Shown here one piece after another: positions 25,670-37,943 of a DNA stretch of 64,000 bases. The position numbers and the translations under genes were made by a program. Under the pieces are notes generated by a model. That model was given only the letters and a program-made list of their open reading frames with translations. It made no database searches and had not been told where the DNA came from. The DNA comes from Octopus vulgaris (lineage: Eukaryota): assembly GCA_951406725.2 (NCBI GenBank), contig OX597833.1, positions 62,434,001 through 62,498,000 of the forward strand, in the 5' to 3' direction. Numbering within the stretch: the first letter of the stretch is position 1; the number at the start of each line of letters is the position of its first letter.

Positions 25670-26520
25670 ATTCTTAAAGTATCTAAGTTTCTTGCCTGAG
25701 AGGTGATCGTCAGATGTATGACAAAAAAAAATGTTTTAAATGATATCAGAATTATGAATGATTATTCAGTGCTATAAGACTGCATGTTGCAAACTTGTTG
25801 GTTTTAATATTTATATCTGATTGGTCCTCTTGCTTACACCTTGTTGGTTCTATTATTTGTCTGGTAGATCAATTCAATCTAGTTTGCTATTGTAATTTCT
25901 AGACAAAATTTGTTTGTGTATCAGCATTTTGACATTTTCCCTGTATTTTTGTTAAAAATTACTTAACTTTTGTTATATGATATTTCTCTGCAGTGCAAAG
26001 TTTGTATTGCCCTGTTCATTTCTGTTAAGTATATTGTGCTCAGCTGATATTGAAGTGGTCATTATCTTGTACTTGCATTTCCAATATATAACTGGATAAG
26101 GCTGTGGCGCTCATCTTTTTCTTGTTCTTTAAAGTAAATTTATCACAGAGAAAACTGCTCTTAAAGCTACTTTTGTTCATATCAATAAAATTCTTTTGCT
26201 TCTGAGTTACTATTTGTTTCATAGACAAGTGATTTTCATTAGGATAGCAGGTTTGTTTTATATTGCAATTACACTGATTCTTCAGTGCTATTCACAATTG
26301 CCTTTGAAAGATAACAGATTATTATTATGCTGCTTACAGTTTTCATACAAGTGTAACTGACCTTAACATTGTTTATGTCAAACAACTTGTAGAAATCACA
26401 ACTGATTGAAAAGTGTTTTATACATATATGTGTGTGTGAAAGAAACAGTGGGTACTTGTCAGTATTATATAATTCTATAAACTTTAGTAATACTAGTGCA
26501 ACTCTTCTTTTTAACCTTCT
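25670..26520 (-). mobile_element. Decayed Penelope-like retroelement: GIY-YIG endonuclease region plus 3' hammerhead remnant
   Basis: Minus-strand translation across frameshifts and stops: KHFSISCDFYKLFDINNVKVSYTCMK...NQCNCNIKQTCYP...NFIDMNKSSFK...ATALSSYILEM...YKLCTAEKYHI...NKNTGKMSKC*YTNKFCL, typical of the Penelope GIY-YIG C-terminus; CTGACGA...GAAAC lies at 25686-25713 downstream. Confidence 0.8.
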
Positions 26521-26899
26521 TTCAGCTTTAGAACAGCAACAGCAGTTGGGTGAGAGGGATAACTGGGAGACGGAGAAGGGTTCTGCTTTTCTTATTTCTT
26601 CTATTTTTTCTTGGCATTTTTCAGTTTTGTTTATTTCTTTATTTATCTGTTTTTGTGCTAATTTTTTTCACTTTTCCTTTGGTAAACTCTGCAGCTCTGT
26701 AATTCTATAAAAATCATTGACAGTCACCATTTGTCTCAGCATCTCACAGACTTTAATAAACTGCTTTGCTTTAGTTTATTTTCTGTTTGCTTTCATAATT
26801 TCAAAGCTGTTTTGCTTTCCTTCTTTTGTCATTCCTGTTTTTCTTCTTTCTTTTGTCTTTCAATCTTTTTCTTTCCTCTTTCAACTTCATTCTTAATCT

Positions 26900-27420
26900 T
26901 CCTTTCTCCCCCCCACTTTCCCACTTTCTTTCTCTTCACATTCTTTCTTCTCTTCTTCATCCTCTTTCTCCCCCTTTTCTTCTTCTTCTTTCATATTTTG
27001 TTTTTTCTTTCTACTCCTTTGTTTTATCTTCTTCTTCATCCTCCTCCTCCTTCTGTCATCTTCTCTTTCTTTTCTTCCTCCTCTTTCTCCCCCTTTTCTT
27101 CTTCTTTCATATTTTGTTTTTTCTTTCTACTCCTTTGTTTTATCTTCTTCTTCATCCTCCTCCTCCTCCTGTCATCTTCTCTTTTTTTTCTTCTTCCCCT
27201 TTTCTTCTTCTTTCATATTTTGTTTTTTCTTTCTTCTACTTCTTTGTTCTTTTAGCTTCTTCTTTTCTCCTCCTCCTCATTCTTATTCTTTCTTTCTTCG
27301 TCTTCATCTTCTTGTTTTCTCCTCCTCATTCTTATTCTTTTCTTTGTCTTCTTCTCCTCTGCCTTCTTCTTTCTTCTCTGTCATCTTTTTCTCCTCCTTA
27401 TTCTTCCACCATCCTCCCAT
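26900..27420. repeat. Polypyrimidine low-complexity tract with ~115-bp tandem duplication
   Basis: ttcttctttcatattttgttttttcttt recurs near 26985, 27100 and 27205; ends about 100 nt upstream of terminal exon A. Confidence 0.8.
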
Positions 27421-27523
27421 AACATGTCACCTTACATCCTTCCTCCTCCCCCATCAAAGTGCTGTACCTAACACAGTACGGCTGCTGTAACGACATATCT
27501 TGATGTTGATGTCATCTTTTCAG

Positions 27524-27605
27524 GATGATGGACGAGATACTCAACAAGTTCAAATCTCAGATGCAATTCCAGCTGATGTCTTTCCAAACGGATCGCTGTC
27601 TCTAA
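27524..27605 (+). CDS. EXOC2: EXOC2 terminal exon A ((K)MMDEILNKFKSQMQFQLMSFQTDRCL*)
   Basis: tcttttcag acceptor, phase 2, TAA stop; close match to the remembered human C-terminus [23 protein letters not shown]. Confidence 0.92.
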
Positions 27606-28041
27606 CAGGGGGAACTGCTGCTGCTGCTGTTCTCGCTACTACTACTACTACTACTGCTACTACTAACCCACCTCTTTTCCGACTTAACAAAGATAGGAGG
27701 GGAAAAAGTTTATATTTATTTTAACGTTGAACTGTGTTGAATGAATGACAGAAGAGTGCTCAATACTGGTTGTAGAGTATATGGCTTATTGAAACTGAAA
27801 TGTTTAAAACTGCACATCATGACTCAGATTAAATGCCACTGTGATGTTGAAGCAAGTTCATACCTGAAGATTGCAGTAGCATGAAACCGAAGTTGTGGGA
27901 TAGAAACTTTATACATTTATTTATATATTTATTATATTTATCACTCTGACGTTGCCAACTTTTATTCCTATTGCATTTCTGTGGCTTTTTCCACAAAACA
28001 TTTCTGGTCCTCTACTCGCACACATACACACTCACACAAAA

Positions 28042-28083
<42 letters not shown>

Positions 28084-29415
28084 CTTATAATCTTCTTTGG
28101 CAGCACTAAAATGCGGACCGATGTACATTTGGAGAATCAACAAACTGTGACAACCACTTGCCTCTCTCCTCCCACCATCACTCCCAAGAGGCAAACTTTC
28201 CGGAATTCCTTCCCCCTTCTTCACTACATTGACCCCTGCTGATTTTGGCTTAAACTGAACATCAGCTGTATTAATCCGACCTGAAAGGGATAGTGGCAAA
28301 TGAAAGGTCAAGGATACTGACTTAGAGGGTCAGTAGCCAATTAGTTTCCCTGAGTGGTCTGTACCTTTGACCTTTCTCTTGGTATATTTTATTTCTTCTT
28401 TGCTATTTTGAAGCCACACAGTTAAGTTTCTCACATTCTATAGAATTGTCATATTGTTACATTTTGGTTAAACCATTCCTTGGCGTAATGGCGATGCCAG
28501 AAAATGCTTTTGGTACATGGCAGCTGTTGAACCATTCTAGAAAGGGCAAAGGTGGCAGTGTTCTTCTCCGACCTTATATTCCAGTCATGGTCCTCTACTG
28601 TTCTCTGCAGAACTGCACTTTAGCATTCTCTGCAACCATCACATACCCAAGATATGCACAGATCTGGGGTATGTGATGAACAGATGTTTTCTAGACTGTT
28701 CTGCTGTGAAGAGGTATCAGGTTGGAGTAGAAGCCTACAGTGACCATCACTGAGCAATAGCTGTCTTATTGAGTCCTCCCCCCCTCTCTCTCTGACAATG
28801 TCTGTCTGTCTCTCTCTCTCTCTCTTCCTCTAACACTCTCTCTTTCTTCGACAATGTCTCTCTCCTTCTCCCTGATAATGTCTCTCTCTTTCTCTCTCTC
28901 TGACAGTCTCTCTACCTCTAGACTCCACCACCCTCTAACCTCTTAATATATCGCCTTCTCCACTCCTTAACTCCTACCTCCTCCCCTAATCCTTTACCCA
29001 TTCCCCTCTCCACCTCCACACCGTTCTCTTCAGATTCCCATCTTTCCTGCCACCCTCAACCCTCCCCATTCAACTTCCTAACCATTCCATTCTAATTCTC
29101 CAGCTGAACATTAATTAATTAATTGCACTAACAAAACCATTCCTTATGACAATACCAATTACTAATCAACTTCACACTAATTAAACCATTCTTGATCACT
29201 ACACCAATTCCATTAGTCAAATGGAGCTTTCCAAAGGTTATGGGCATGTCCCTTTGTCATTAGGCCGACAGTTTCAACAATGAAAAGAAAGCAAACCTGC
29301 AAATCCACACCGGTTTTTTGAGCTTAATGCTGACACCCAATTTACTGCCCACACATTTATATATACCTATGTATGTATCCTGATTATGTGTACATATAGT
29401 TATATGGGTACTTTG

Positions 29416-29475
<60 letters not shown>

Positions 29476-29478
<3 letters not shown>

Positions 29479-29834
29479 TAGCACCTCGGTTTTCAAATAT
29501 CTCTGATCTTGAATAAATTATGCTTTATATATATATATATATGTGTGTGTGTGCGTGCGTGTGTATCGTTGGCGATTTTTTTTTTTCCTTCGTCTTCCCT
29601 TCCTTGGGCCTTTCCTTTTTCTATGTTTCTGATGAAGAGCTCCGCTCGAAACATTAAATCCCCCTTCTTTCTTTCCTTTCCTGAGCGTCCAATAACACTA
29701 TGCTTGTTCCGCATCCCTGCGTCCCTGCGTTTTCTCTTTGTGTTTTCATGTTTGGATTAACTATATATATAGATAGATAGATATAAAGCACAATTTATTC
29801 GTGATCAGAGTTGTTCGAAAACCGAGGTACTACT
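29476..29834. mobile_element. Tigger/pogo-like MITE interrupted by a hammerhead-bearing element
   Basis: TIR CAGTAGCACCTCGGTTTTC / GAAAACCGAGGTACTACTG; TA on the right flank. Confidence 0.7.
29625..29659 (+). ncRNA. Type I minimal hammerhead motif, same family as 53201-53236
   Basis: GTTT CTGATGA A GAGC tcc GCTC GAA ACAT T AAAT; stem III ACGT>ACAT is consistent with CpG decay. Confidence 0.55.
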
Positions 29835-29923
29835 GTATATATAAAACATAACCTTATCAGGTATACATATACCTATACATATACCCTGATTTTGTGTACA
29901 TATAGTTATATGTGTACCTTGAT

Positions 29924-29959
<36 letters not shown>

Positions 29960-30256
29960 TATATATAAAATATACCCTGATCATGTATACATGTACCTTG
30001 ATAACTGCTACATATACCTGTATATTTACCCTGATCACATGTACATACACCTATATATCAACCCTTATCATGTATACTTACATATGTACCCTGATCATGT
30101 GTACATATAGCAATCCATGTACCCTGATCACACTCACATATACATACACCCAGACATATTGTATACAAAATGTTTTTGCCTCCCCCCCTCCTCCTCTGAT
30201 AATAGTTTGAAACTTGTTTTTGTTTCTTTTTATATTTTGCTGTTTTTATTTCTATA

Positions 30257-30262
30257 AATAAA
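30257..30262 (+). terminator. Candidate polyadenylation signal for the exon-A isoform
   Basis: AATAAA preceded by a U-rich tract and followed by GTTGTGTCTTT; lies between terminal exons A and B. Confidence 0.4.
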
Positions 30263-32680
30263 AGTTAACTATGAAGTTGTGTCTTTCATCCTTTGGCTAA
30301 TAATAATAAACTTATTAATTTCTCTTGTACACACAAAGGCTATCTTCTATGGTTGCTGATAGTGAGTGTCAGACTAAAGAATATGGTATAATAGGTGACG
30401 GAGTGACTGTGTGAAGTAGCTTGCCTACCAACCACATGGTTCTGGGTTCAGTCCCACTGCGTGGCATCTTGGGCAAGTGTCTTCTGCTATAGCCTCGGGC
30501 CGACCAATGCCTTGTGAGTGGATTTGGTAGACGGAAACTGAAAGAAGCCTGTCGTATATATGTATATGTATGTGTATGTATATGTTTGTGTGTCTGTATT
30601 TGTCCCCCAACATTGCTTGACAACCGATGCTGGTGTGTTTACGTCCCCGTCACTTAGCGGTTCGGCAAAAGAGACCGATAGAATAAGTACTGGGCTTACA
30701 AAGAATAAGTCCTGGGGTCAATTTGCTCGACTAAAGGCGGTGCTCCAGCATGTCCGCAGTCAAATGACTGAAACCAGTAAAAGAGAGTTGTTCTATGGTC
30801 CCTGGCCCCACACAGTTGTGATGTAGTTGAGGTGGTAACTTGTGGTTATGAGATGGATGAGCTGTGTGTGATGTGTTCACTGGTCCCTTCTGCCTGCTTC
30901 TAGAAACCTTAGTTGACTGAGCAGGGACTGAGTCATTAGTAGGCATAAATCAATAATTGTGGGGTGGGGTGAGAGTTGCAGAAATTGGCTTGAAAGAATG
31001 AGTTGAATTTCAGTTCTTTACCTTGCTGTTGCTGCTTTGTTTGTTTGTTTGTTGAGTGAAGCGGTCTTCGTCCCAGAGCTCGCAAGATCACACCTCAGGA
31101 TTGTCTGTTGTAGGAGAAGTCTGAAACGTGGTCCTTTGCTATTCGTAAGACAAGTAAAAACAGTCACAGAAAAACTGGTCAGCAACCAACTGAAGAAATG
31201 CAGAAAGATGTTTTAAGGCTTCAAGAAGAAGGATGGATATTTATTGAAGGACACAGAAATAAACTGTCCCTTTTTAAGAGAAATGTGTGTGTGTGTGTAT
31301 GTAAAAAACAGCCACTACACTTACAGAGTGGTTGACATTAGGAAGGGCATCCAGCTGTAGAAACATTGCCAGATCAGACTGGAGCCTGGTGCAGCCTCCT
31401 GGCTTCTCAGACCCTGGTTGAACTGGCCAACCCATGCTAGCATGGAAAACAGACGTTAAACAATGATGATATATATATATATGTGTGTGTATCTGATGGA
31501 CTCTTCCATCGAAGACATCATACGAGTGTTCAGCCTTTGCTGAATGACCTGCACAAATGGTTTGTTTATTGTGATCGAATGCAAGTGTTGTACATTAACC
31601 CACTCACTCCATTAAATCGATGTTGCCTGAACAGGTGCCACATGTCAGGTGTCAAAGTCATTGCAGAGCAACGCCGAATGAAGTGTTTTGCTTAAGAACA
31701 CTAAGCACGACCCAGTCTAGGAATTGAAACCGTGACCACTAGGCCATAATACATCTGGCACATCCACTGCAGAGGATGCAAATAGGCACAACTGTGAAAC
31801 AGCCGTAGGGAACAAATGATGTAAACTTATGTTTATCTTACTTTTTCCAGTATTTGCTCTGTATATTGTAACCAGTAAAATTACTAAGTACAGTAGTAAC
31901 CAAATCACCTAACTAGAAGCAGACTCGGTGATGATATACTTTGTGGAAATCGGCGAGCTGGTAGAAACATTAGCACGCCAGGTGAAATGCTTAGTGGTAT
32001 TTCGTCTGTCGTTACGTTGTGGGTTCAAATTCCGCCGAGGTTGACTTTGCCTTTCATCCTTTCGGGGTCGATAAATTAAGTACCAGTTACACACTGGGTC
32101 GATGTAATTGACTTAATACCTATGTCTGTCCTTGTTTGTCCTCTCTATGTTTATCCCCTTGTGGGTAATAAAGAAATAGGTATTTCGTCTGCCACTACGT
32201 TTTGAGTTCAAATTCCGTCAAGGTCGACTTTGCTTTTCATCCTTTCGGGGGTCGATTAAATAAGTACCAGTTACGCACTGGGATCGATATAATCAACTTA
32301 ATCCTTCTGTCTCTCCTTGTTTGTCCCCTCTGTGTTTAGCCCCTTGTGGGTAATAAAGAAATACATACACTATGCGGAGCTTTAAAATCACCAGTAGCTG
32401 TCATACATCAAACTGTACACACAAGATATACAATATATTGTACTTCATCAACCAAGAGGAGGTGGAAGTTTCACTGAAGGAGTGTTCTTTGCCTCGAAGA
32501 TCTGGAACTAGCGTCAGCATCAGATTGCAGATCTTGCAGTAAGGTGGCTTCAGACAGTGCAACATGATGGCTTTAACTTTAAATGCTAGGCTCTCTTGTT
32601 ATAACTTGAAGAAGAAAGCAAATAAGTTATAGAATATAGAAAAACTTTTGACTCAACATAATAAAAAATATACATATATA

Positions 32681-33181
32681 TACCGTAAATCCTTGAGAAT
32701 AATCCATATTTTCCCCCAAAATTTAAAGGTCAAAATCTCTGGTGCGTACTATATACGAGGTTAAAAATGAAAATTATTTTCTGAGCAATGTCCGAGTCTC
32801 TATTTGCTGTCTGGCAATGTTTATTCAGACGCATTTTGTGATGTCGGGCGTGAAAATACCTGAAAACAATGAAGTCATAAAAGAATCCTCCATAACTTGC
32901 AGTAAGCAACATTTATTAAACATTATTACTGTTATTTCTTTATTTTCTGCAAACAAAATGCACAAAAAAGCTACACGTTTGCATTATCTTATATATACAA
33001 TAATAGTAAAGGACGTTAGCATATACAGTTTTACAAACCAAGGACGTTATATGGACCTCCTTGATTCAAGTTAGAGAAGGGGTTGCATATTATACACAAG
33101 GTTTAGGTTTTTCAGAGGTACAGCCCCCTAAAAATCCCCTGCGTATTATACTCAAGGGTGGACTATACTTGAGGATTTATG

Positions 33182-33183
<2 letters not shown>
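32681..33183. mobile_element. MITE with ~25-bp imperfect TIRs
   Basis: TACCGTAAATCCTTGAGAATAATCC ... GGACTATACTTGAGGATTTATGG. Confidence 0.65.
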
Positions 33184-33234
<51 letters not shown>

Positions 33235-33570
33235 TACATACATACATATGTGTGTGTGTGTTTATGTCCCTCTTGTCTTGACATTACATTATGGCTGTAA
33301 GCGAGTGTCACCATCATACAAGCAGTGTTGTTTGTTTCCAGTCTTCCATGAAAACATGTCTGGCAACAGGTGAGGGTTGGCAACAGGAAGGGCATCTGGC
33401 TGTAGAAAATCTGTATCAATGAATTCCATCCGATCCATGCAAACATGGAAAAGTAGATGTTAAAACAATGTTGGTGATGATTTGCTGTGCACACAAAAAT
33501 GGAATTTTCATTGAAGATTGAAATGGTTAGGGAAAACTCATGGAATCAATCCAGGAATTTTTACATTGGA

Positions 33571-33601
<31 letters not shown>

Positions 33602-34041
33602 GCAGAATCATTACCGCTCCAGGCAAATGCTTAGTAACATTTGGTCCGTCTTTACATTCTGAGTTCAAATTCCACCGAGGTCAACTTTACCTTTTATCCT
33701 GTCGAGGTCAGTAAGTACCAATTGTGTACCGGAGTTGATGTAATCGACAATCCCCTCCCCCAAATTTCAGGCCTTGTGCCTATGGCAGAAAAGTTACCAT
33801 TATTATTATTATTAGTTAGTGAGAGAGCAGTGCATGCCATCAAAGAGACACTGGGGTAAAATATACGAAGCCCAGTTTACCCATCATGACTACCTGTCTG
33901 ATAAGGGTACACCAGGCACATGCATAACAACCATATGTGCATGACATGGTGATCTTGTATCAAGATAAAGAGCACATGACCTTGCAGGTGAGTCCCAGTT
34001 AGAATTTTCTTCAGGTCGAGTAACCCATCCCGCTCAAAAGG

Positions 34042-34079
<38 letters not shown>

Positions 34080-34793
34080 AAAGTGGCAAGCTGGCAGAAT
34101 TGTTAGTATGCTGAGAAAAATACTTAGCAGCATTTCATCTGCATTTACATTATGAGTTCAAACCTTGCCTTTCAACCTTTCAGGGTTGATAAAATAAGTA
34201 CCAGTTGAGAAGAGGGGGGTGGCATTGATGTAATCCACTTAGCCGCTTCCCAAAAATTGCTGGCCTTGCATCAAAATTTGAAACCATTATTATTTTATAT
34301 GGGGCATTTTTTATACTAAAATTTAGTTTTGCATAATTTACTACATCATTAACAAATGAACTTAAGCTTAATTTTTGATTGATATTATATGAATTATGAT
34401 GATAATAATAATAATAATAATAATAATTTATTAACCAGTAAAAGTTTATGAGCAGGATGATACAAAATATGATGTAGGTGTTTAAACGGTAAAATAATAA
34501 CAAAATGATAATTACTGTTCTTATTCTAACTCCTGTTCATTTTCCAGAAATCTTTCGTCACACATCTGTGACCTCTTCAGCAACACTTTCCATCCTTGTG
34601 TGTGCTCCTGCTCCACTTAGTCCATTCTATTCTTCCATTTGGCAAAAAAAAAAAAAAAAAAAACTAAAAATTGACCATCCCGAAATACAACAATATCTGT
34701 TTCAACACCACGGTTTCACATCAGGAATCTTGCAACACAAATTCATATACATAAATATGATAATAATAATGCTAATAATAATAATGATTTCTT

Positions 34794-34830
<37 letters not shown>

Positions 34831-35031
34831 AAACTTAGGATCAATTTTCTGAATGTTTTGCAGTATATTGATTGTGTAAATGAAGTTGTGTGTTTAAATG
34901 TTTCTTTTTTATTTTGTTTATTTTTATTTTTTATTATTATAATTTTTTTTTTTTGAATTGCTCATTTATCTGTTAATATATTTCACTGAACGATGGAACT
35001 TAATTAAAAAATGTCTTGAACATTCTTACAG

Positions 35032-35125
35032 AACCGAAGAAATACTTCTGACCGACTTCAAATCAACGATGCGATTCCACCTTATGTGCTTCTATGCCGA
35101 CAGTGTAGTAGAAACTCCTGCCTAA
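35032..35125 (+). CDS. EXOC2: EXOC2 alternative terminal exon B ((K)TEEILLTDFKSTMRFHLMCFYADSVVETPA*)
   Basis: ttcttacag acceptor, phase 2, intact frame to TAA; aligns without gaps to exon A (FKS-x-M-x-F-x-LM-x-F). Confidence 0.82.
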
Positions 35126-36329
35126 CAGATCCATCGTGGAAATTTCCTCACCACACAGGGGTGCTAATGGTTGTGCTTATATCATTTTTTTAAAAACATT
35201 ATTAATATTATCATTATTTTGCTCGTATTCCATGTACCAGTCACATATTGGGGTCACTATCATCGATTTATACATCCCACCGCCTCCCCAGCAATGTATG
35301 GTCCAGGGCTGAAGTAAGAAATCTTTATTATTATTATTATTAAGCTTAAGGTGGTGTGCTGGCAGAATCGTTACTGTGCCGAGCAAAACGCTCCGTGGAA
35401 TTTCATTTGACTTTACGTTTTGAGTTCAGATTCTGCCGAGGCTGGTTTTTGCCTTTCAGCCTTAATGAAATATGTACCAGTCATATACTGGGGGATCGAT
35501 GTAATCAAATTACCTCCTACCCCTAAATTACAGCCTTATGCTAAAATTTGAAACCATTATTATTACTAATTAATATTTCAAGGTTGAAGTTACTCTTCAC
35601 GAAGACAAAGAAAGAAAGAAAGAAAGAAGAGCGAAACTGTTATTGGTAATAAACAGAGATTGACTCTTACATTTTGAACTTGTAAAAGACACACGGAGTC
35701 TTGAAATATTGTTCATTCATTTTCATCTTAATAAACAAAGTCAATCTCTATTTATTACCAATAACAGTCGTGCTCTTCTTCTTCTTCTTCTTCTTATTAT
35801 TACTATTATTATTACTAAGGCAGCGAGCTGGCAGAATTGTTAGCATGCTGGGTGAAATGCTTAGTGGTATTTCACCTGTCTTTATGTTCTGAGTTCAAAT
35901 TCCGCCAAAGTTGACCTTGCTTTTCATCCTTTCGGGCTCAATAAATTAAGTTCCAGTGAAACACTGGGGTCAGTGTAAACAACTAGTCCCTTTCCCCCCC
36001 AAATTACAGGCCTTGTACCTATAATAAAGGATTATTATTATCATTATTATCATTATTATTATTAAGGCAGTGAGAGCTGGCAGAGTCGTTAGCACACCAG
36101 GCAAAATGCTTAGCAACATTCTGTCTGTCTTTCCATTCTGAGCCCAAATTCTACTGAGATAGACTTTGCCTTTCATCATTTTGGAGTTGATGAAATTAGT
36201 ACCAGTCAAGTACTGGAGGGTCATTGTAATCAACTTCACTCTTCCCTTAAAAATTGCTGGCCCTGTGCCGAACTTTGAAGCCATTGTTATTATCAAGCTA
36301 GTAATACGTTCATTTGATTAGCAGGAATG

Positions 36330-37050
36330 TTATTTCGAGGTTTGGCGACAACAAGTCTTAGAATTCCTTCTGAATACAGAATGGTACTTTTCCTGCATGT
36401 CAGCAACGTGATCCTTAATTCCAATTTCTATCAGTCTCAATTGCCACAGGAATCATTGTCTTAGTCTTCCACAGTCTTTACAGCTCTCTTGCTCAATCCT
36501 GATATATTTCTCAGGGCTCCCTGCCCCCAATTTCTGTGGTATCCACTGTTATCATATGGTATTGCAAAGTCTCCCACAGCACAGTATTATAACTATTACT
36601 ATTACTATTATTATTATTATTATTAGGTGGCGAGCTGCCAGAAACTTTAGCGCGCTGGGCAAAATGCGTAGCCGTATTTCGTCTGCTGCTACGTTCTGAG
36701 TTCAAATTCCGCCGAGGTCGATTTTTGCCTTTCATCCTTTTGGGGGTCAATAAATTAAGTACCAGTTATGCACTGGGTCAATGTAATCGACTTAATCCGT
36801 TTGTTTGTCCCCTGTGTGTAGCCCCTTGTGGGTAGTAAAGAAATAGGTATTGCAAAGTCTACGATCTTAAACCATTTCTGGCCCTCTCTCTGCAATAATA
36901 TGGTCAGTCTTCATGGAGAAACCTCATAAACTTCTGTGATGCTTATTCTCCCTCATAGCTTCCGGTTCCTCATTATTTCAAAACCGTTTCACTCAACTAA
37001 CAACCCAATGGACTCTTTAACCTACGCAGTCTTGCCTGTGCTTTCTGAAT
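36330..37050 (-). mobile_element. Highly decayed R4/Dong-like fragment interrupted by a SINE (36628-36850)
   Basis: Nucleotide similarity to 58160-58660 (cgacaacaagtct...atggtactttt...ctgc; atatggtcagtctt). Confidence 0.55.
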
Positions 37051-37246
37051 AAAAAAATATTTATTATAATTATGATTATTATTATTATTATTTTAGGCGT
37101 GGCTGTGTGGTAAGAAGCTTGTTCCCCAACCACATGCTTCCAGGTTCAGTCTCACTGTGTGGCACCTTGGGCAACTGTTTTCTACCGTAGCCTCAAGCCG
37201 ACCAAAGCCTTGTGAGTGGACTTGGTAGATGGAAACTGAAAGAAGC

Positions 37247-37282
<36 letters not shown>

Positions 37283-37691
37283 TGTTTGTCCCCCCACCAT
37301 TGCTTGACAACCGATGTTGGTGTGTTTACCTTCCTGTATCTTAGTGGTTCAACAAAAGAGACTGATAGAATAAGTACTAGGCTTACAAAGAATAAGTCTT
37401 GGGGGTGATTTATTAACTAAAGGTGGTGCTCCAGCATGGCCGCCATCAAATGGCTGAAAGAAGTAAAAGAATAAAAGAATATATATATATATATATATTG
37501 ATAGTACTGGTAAGACAATGAAAGAGACCTCGATATTATGTAAATAGAGGAATTTATCTGTAAATGTAATATGTGATAAATATTCGGTTGGCATGATAAA
37601 ACTCCAAGGTTCGGATGTTGGGGCGGAAACCTGCACCAGCATCTCTTCAGTATCAAGACAGATCATTTTCATAGCATATTTTGATTGCCTC

Positions 37692-37752
37692 GATAACTGA
37701 AGAGATGCCGGCATGGGTTTCCGCCCCGACATCCAAAACTCGGAGTTTTATC
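37692..37752 (+). ncRNA. Degenerate hammerhead motif in an inverted-repeat element
   Basis: GATAA CTGAAGA GATG..CATC c AAA ACTCGGAGT T TTATC: 5-bp stem I intact, G12 mutated; the related copy at 38925-38977 keeps CATCTGAAA. Confidence 0.5.
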
Positions 37753-37788
37753 ATGCCAACCGAATAATTGTCACATTTTATATTACAG

Positions 37789-37826
<38 letters not shown>

Positions 37827-37910
37827 CAAAATGGGTCAAGAACGCAAAACATTCGGTCAGCTAGGTGATACAAAGAAAACAAGGACTTGTGCTTCCAACA
37901 GAAAGGATTA

Positions 37911-37943
<33 letters not shown>

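Noticed and set aside
26520-27422. Phe/Leu/Ser-rich + strand ORFs and a Lys/Glu-rich - strand reading
   Set aside because: Low-complexity pyrimidine tract; the minus-strand frames contain repeated stops.
27500-27724. 74-aa ORF in the track
   Set aside because: Wrong frame; the real coding frame is EXOC2 terminal exon A (27524-27605).
31077-31113. Another phase-2 mini terminal exon (KARKITPQDCLL*)
   Set aside because: Too short, no similarity to the Sec5 C-terminus, and not a true CaaX motif; indistinguishable from chance.
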